A DNA stretch of 63,195 nt, the filler included, from Anaerolineae bacterium (GTDB taxonomy: Bacteria > Chloroflexota > Anaerolineae > Epilineales > Epilineaceae): assembly GCA_029262755.1 (NCBI GenBank). It is 4 parts of 4 records of this genome, joined end to end, with 100 filler letters (N's around TTAATTAATTAA, not from the genome) between each part and the next. Parts side by side here need not be neighbours in the genome. Positions count along the whole stretch, not along the records: positions 59,565 to 63,195 come from JAJCYU010000048.1; 3 more parts are not named here. One strand, written 5' to 3'. This document shows, in pieces, positions 59,739-63,195 of the stretch. The position numbers were made by a program, and so were the translations under genes. The first letter of the stretch is position 1; every line of letters starts with the position of its first letter. Under the pieces are notes generated by a model. The model was not told the origin of the DNA, did not search any database, and worked only from the letters and a program-made list of their open reading frames with translations.

Positions 59739-61523
59739 CTAGGGCGCCACCTTCGGCTCCCTGAGATAGGCGACCCGCTTGATGTTGAGCAGGTTGGTAT
59801 AGGTCACGTTGTCGGTCGTCGAGTTGTTGCCGAACGTACCGCAGCCGAGGGTCAGCGACGGGATCAGACCGCTGGTCAAGCCGACAACGCCGTGGGAACC
59901 CGGGCTGTTGACCAGGATCCGGCTCGCGGGCATCAAGCGACTGTACTGCTGCACCCATGCGTCGTTCTTGGAGTGGATGATCGCGGTATGGCCGATACCC
60001 TCCAGCTGGAGTAACTGCGCGGAGATCTCCATGCCCTGCTGCTCATCTTCCACCGTGAACAGACTGAGCACGGGGATCATCTTCTCGCGAGCATAGATGT
60101 TTTCCGAGTGGACGCCCTTGGTCGGGACGACGATCAACCGGATCGGATAGTCTCTCTGGATGGACGTGAATTCGGCCACGTAGGACGGGTCCTTGCCGAT
60201 CAGGCGGCGACGAAAGCTGCTCCCGTCCGCGAGCACCGCCTTCTCGGTAAAGCGGGCGGTTTCCTCCGCATCTAGTACCGCGGCTCCCTGCTCTTGCAAG
60301 CTATTGACGAAGGCATCACGGATGGACGCCACGACCACCAGATTGTGCTCGGCGCCGCAGATCAAGCCGTTGTCGAAGGACTTGCTGAGTACGACGCTGG
60401 CGGCCGCCTGGTCCGCATCGGCATCGGAACAGATCAGGGCCGGCGCGTTGGCCGGCCCTACGCCGAGCGCCGGTGTCCCCGAGCTGTAGGCGGCCTTGAC
60501 CATGCTGGCGCCGCCGGTGGCCAGAATCAGGGACACCTTGTCATGCTGCATGAACAACTCCGTCTTCTTGCGCGAGCTGCGGTGTCGGACCCATTGCACG
60601 AGATGTTCGGGTGCGCCCTCGCTGCGGAGGATCTGTTGTACCAACGGACCGACCTCTTCGGCGACGTCGCGCGCGGTGCGGTGAAAGCTGAGAATCAGCG
60701 CATTGCGCGACTTTATACAGATCAACGCCTTGAAGACCGCGGTGGCGACCGGGTTGGTGATCGGAATCATGCCGAACACGATGCCGACCGGCGCAGCGAA
60801 GTCGTGGACGAGGCGGTCCTGATCGCGGGCGACGATGCCACTGGCCGGTCGTCCGAGCAGGGATTCCAGCACGCCGAGCGCGGCCAAGTTGTTCTTGGCG
60901 GTCTTGTCGTGAACATTGCCCATACGCGTGACACGCACGGCTAGTTCGGCGTGTTCCTGCGCCTTCTCGGCAAAGCCTTGCGCAATCGCGGTCAGCAGCG
61001 CATCGATCTTGTCTTCCGGCCAGTCGGCGATCACCTTCTGCGCCTCGAGGGCCTGATCGATCAGCTCGTCAACCTCGCTGTCGTTGCCGGACACAATCAT
61101 GCTGGAAAGCAGCTTGTTGGCGGACCGCAGTTTCATAGCTGCCCCCTGACCCAACGCGGAAACCAGGGCTAAGCCGACGCGCGGGTCTTCGCGCGTCAGT
61201 GTCTCCAGCACCTCCGTGCTCAGCTTGCGGCACTCGACATCGCTGTGTGCATAGGCGCTGGCCGAGCGCGGCTGGCTGTCGAGCAGGGCCAGCTCACCCA
61301 TCACCGCACCCTTTTCGAGAAAGCCCAGAACGCCGTCCGAATCGAGTTCAGGGTGCGGCAGTTCCACGCGCACGGTGCCTTCGTCGATGAAATAGCAGCA
61401 ATCGCCCTCCTCGCCGGCATTGAAGATGCAACTGCCCGCTGCAAATCGGACCGCTTCAAGATATTGCTCCAGGCTCTGCAAGTCCTTGACTTGCAGGGAA
61501 ACCAAGGATTCATGGATCGACAC
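59739..61523 (-). CDS. cNMP-binding domain fused to a CoA-acylating aldehyde dehydrogenase (AdhE-N/EutE type)
   Basis: N-terminal GELALLDSQPRSASA phosphate-binding cassette; PITNP, ATGG..MVKAAYSSG, SKSFDNGLICGAE (catalytic Cys), GHTAIIHS and PSLTLGCG motifs. Confidence 0.9.
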   Translation of the reverse strand: MSIHESLVSLQVKDLQSLEQYLEAVRFAAGSCIFNAGEEGDCCYFIDEGTVRVELPHPELDSDGVLGFLEKGAVMGELALLDSQPRSASAYAHSDVECRKLSTEVLETLTREDPRVGLALVSALGQGAAMKLRSANKLLSSMIVSGNDSEVDELIDQALEAQKVIADWPEDKIDALLTAIAQGFAEKAQEHAELAVRVTRMGNVHDKTAKNNLAALGVLESLLGRPASGIVARDQDRLVHDFAAPVGIVFGMIPITNPVATAVFKALICIKSRNALILSFHRTARDVAEEVGPLVQQILRSEGAPEHLVQWVRHRSSRKKTELFMQHDKVSLILATGGASMVKAAYSSGTPALGVGPANAPALICSDADADQAAASVVLSKSFDNGLICGAEHNLVVVASIRDAFVNSLQEQGAAVLDAEETARFTEKAVLADGSSFRRRLIGKDPSYVAEFTSIQRDYPIRLIVVPTKGVHSENIYAREKMIPVLSLFTVEDEQQGMEISAQLLQLEGIGHTAIIHSKNDAWVQQYSRLMPASRILVNSPGSHGVVGLTSGLIPSLTLGCGTFGNNSTTDNVTYTNLLNIKRVAYLREPKVAP

Positions 61524-61533
61524 ATCATTCTCC

Positions 61534-63168
61534 TCAAGTTGTGTAAACGATTTCCTCTTGCATCGAATCGCTATCCAGTTCCGGCCGCCCGCGGGTATTG
61601 GACAGCGCGCGCACCGATCCGGTCAGCACTTCCGCCGCCCCTTGTTTGATCTTCAGGACCCGCACTCGCCCCTTGGCGCGTACCGAGGCCGTCCGCCGGC
61701 CCCGGTGGAACACCGACTCGCCAAAATGCTTGCCTTCGGACAAGGTGCCAATCAGCTCTTCCACACCGTTCTCGTTTTGAAGTACTTCAACTTCGCCCTG
61801 CTGGATGATGTACATGCAGTCGCCGGCTTCACCTTGTTTTACGATCGTTTGCCCGGGCTCATACAGGCTCTCCTCGATCCCGAGGGTTTGATCGGGACGC
61901 ACGGCCACGATATCTCGGCCAAAGAATGGCGCTACACACCAGTCGAGCAGGGTGCGCACGCGACGGTCCCAGGTCGGCAGATAGATCAGCATGAACGCGC
62001 GCCAGATGAGCCAGGCGGCAAAGCCCTTGAATTGAACTCTGTCCAGCAACTGTCCCACGGCGCGCCGGCTGCCCAGGGAACAGGCATCTCCCAGTCCGGT
62101 GAAACGGTAGGGTCTTGGAGGCTGGGCAAGGCTCAACAAGCGCAGGTTCCTGCCGATCTGGGTGCCGGCATTCATCGCGAACGTCGCCAGTGGCGGACAA
62201 TAGCCGCCGCGCGGATGGGGGACCGCGGCACAGTCGCCGCCGGCCCAGATGTTGTCGTGCCCCGGGAGTCTCAGGTAGGGGTCCGTGATCAGCCGGCCGC
62301 CGTCGTCGCGCTCGCATTCCAGTTGATCGAGCAGCGGGGATTGGGCGGTTCCGGTACAGCTGATGATGGTCCGCGTGGAGATCGTCTCGCCGCTACTGAA
62401 CATGACCTCTTCAGCGGTGGCCGATTCCACGCGCGTTCCCAGGTGCAGCTCAAGACCGGACTCCTGCACGAATCTCTCTGCATAGTTCACCAGTCCGGGA
62501 AAACGTTCCCTCAGTTCAGGCAGGATGTGTTCGCCGTTGTGCACGAGGACCACGCGCACCTCTTCATGGTCGATGCGTGCATACTCCTTGCGGGTCAGCA
62601 CGCGGAAGAAATCGACAAGCTCGGTGGCCACCTCGACGCCCGCATAGTTGCCGCCGGCCACGACGAAGGTCAGCAGGCGCCGGCGTTCGCGTTCGTCCGC
62701 TTCGATTTCAGCCAGATCGAGCATGGTCAGGATATGGCTGCGCAGGCGAAAACAGTCCCAATAGGCTTTCAGGCGAAAGGTGTGCTCGGCAATACCCGAA
62801 TAGCGCGAAAGATCGTCCACGGAGCCGAGCGAGACGACCAGGTGATCGTAGGAAAGCACATACTCCCGCCCATCCAGCGCGCGGCGGGTGGTGACGGTCT
62901 GGGCGGCCGTGTCGATGGACTCGATTTCCGCTTGGTGAAGCGCCGCGCCGGCAAACAATCTACGTGCCGGACTGGTGATGTTGAATGGTTGTATATGCCC
63001 GGTCAAGGTTTCAGCGATCAGGCCATGAAAGGTGTGATAGTTGTTGCGGTCGACAATGGTGACTTCGACACGACCTTTTTTTATGGAAGTCCTCAAGCTA
63101 CGAACCAGCCGGGTAGCGACATAGCCGCCTCCCAGACACACGATGCGGGTCGGGCTCTTCACCAACAT
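61534..63168 (-). CDS. Type II NADH:quinone oxidoreductase (Ndh-2) with a C-terminal cNMP-binding domain
   Basis: LGGGY, YDHLVVSLGS, AGGNYAGVEVATEL, WAGGDCA and AWLIWRAFML motifs; C-terminal IVKQGEAGDCMYII...FGESVFHRGRRTASV. Confidence 0.88.
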   Translation of the reverse strand: MLVKSPTRIVCLGGGYVATRLVRSLRTSIKKGRVEVTIVDRNNYHTFHGLIAETLTGHIQPFNITSPARRLFAGAALHQAEIESIDTAAQTVTTRRALDGREYVLSYDHLVVSLGSVDDLSRYSGIAEHTFRLKAYWDCFRLRSHILTMLDLAEIEADERERRRLLTFVVAGGNYAGVEVATELVDFFRVLTRKEYARIDHEEVRVVLVHNGEHILPELRERFPGLVNYAERFVQESGLELHLGTRVESATAEEVMFSSGETISTRTIISCTGTAQSPLLDQLECERDDGGRLITDPYLRLPGHDNIWAGGDCAAVPHPRGGYCPPLATFAMNAGTQIGRNLRLLSLAQPPRPYRFTGLGDACSLGSRRAVGQLLDRVQFKGFAAWLIWRAFMLIYLPTWDRRVRTLLDWCVAPFFGRDIVAVRPDQTLGIEESLYEPGQTIVKQGEAGDCMYIIQQGEVEVLQNENGVEELIGTLSEGKHFGESVFHRGRRTASVRAKGRVRVLKIKQGAAEVLTGSVRALSNTRGRPELDSDSMQEEIVYTT

Positions 63169-63195
63169 TCTCCTGTTCCGTGGATGCCACTTGTA

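Noticed and set aside
59567..59764. Possible 3' gene fragment (FFAEAFASHAELACMPV...) at the start of contig 4
   Set aside because: Too short and without a recognisable motif

Overview
This window joins four unrelated contigs with artificial N-TTAATTAATTAA-N linkers (17927-18026, 46237-46336, 59465-59564). Contig 1 (1-17926) is AT-rich and its DnaK looks planctomycete-like, possibly anammox. It carries clpB (partial), dnaK with a sigma54-type promoter, dapB, a rhomboid protease, an LptF/G permease with a large coiled-coil insert, an msbA-like ABC gene, rfbD, a transaldolase, a recQ-like gene, a PIN-domain pseudogene flanked by attC-like sites, and uvrA. Contigs 2 and 3 are GC-rich with Chloroflexota-like traits (C-terminal [YF]LP tails, GAAC-N4-GTTC SOS boxes). 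They encode surface proteins, thrC, a probable 6S RNA, a PhnCDE-like 'selenate' ABC transporter, an ECF sigma/anti-sigma module with twin promoters, a Rieske-ThDP enzyme fusion, a MITE, a GCAG-rich putative ncRNA, rpsT, a YfhO-flippase fusion and a hidden CxxU selenoprotein. Contig 3 also holds two SOS-box-controlled oddities: a catalytically degenerate LexA C-terminal-domain protein, and a CRISPR-free Cas4-like nuclease split into two membrane-anchored halves. The N-terminal half is missing from the ORF track and appears to start at ATC. Contig 4 holds a coupled gene pair in which both a type II NADH dehydrogenase and a CoA-acylating aldehyde dehydrogenase are fused to cyclic-nucleotide-binding domains. 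All family calls come from motif recognition by eye; no searches were run.
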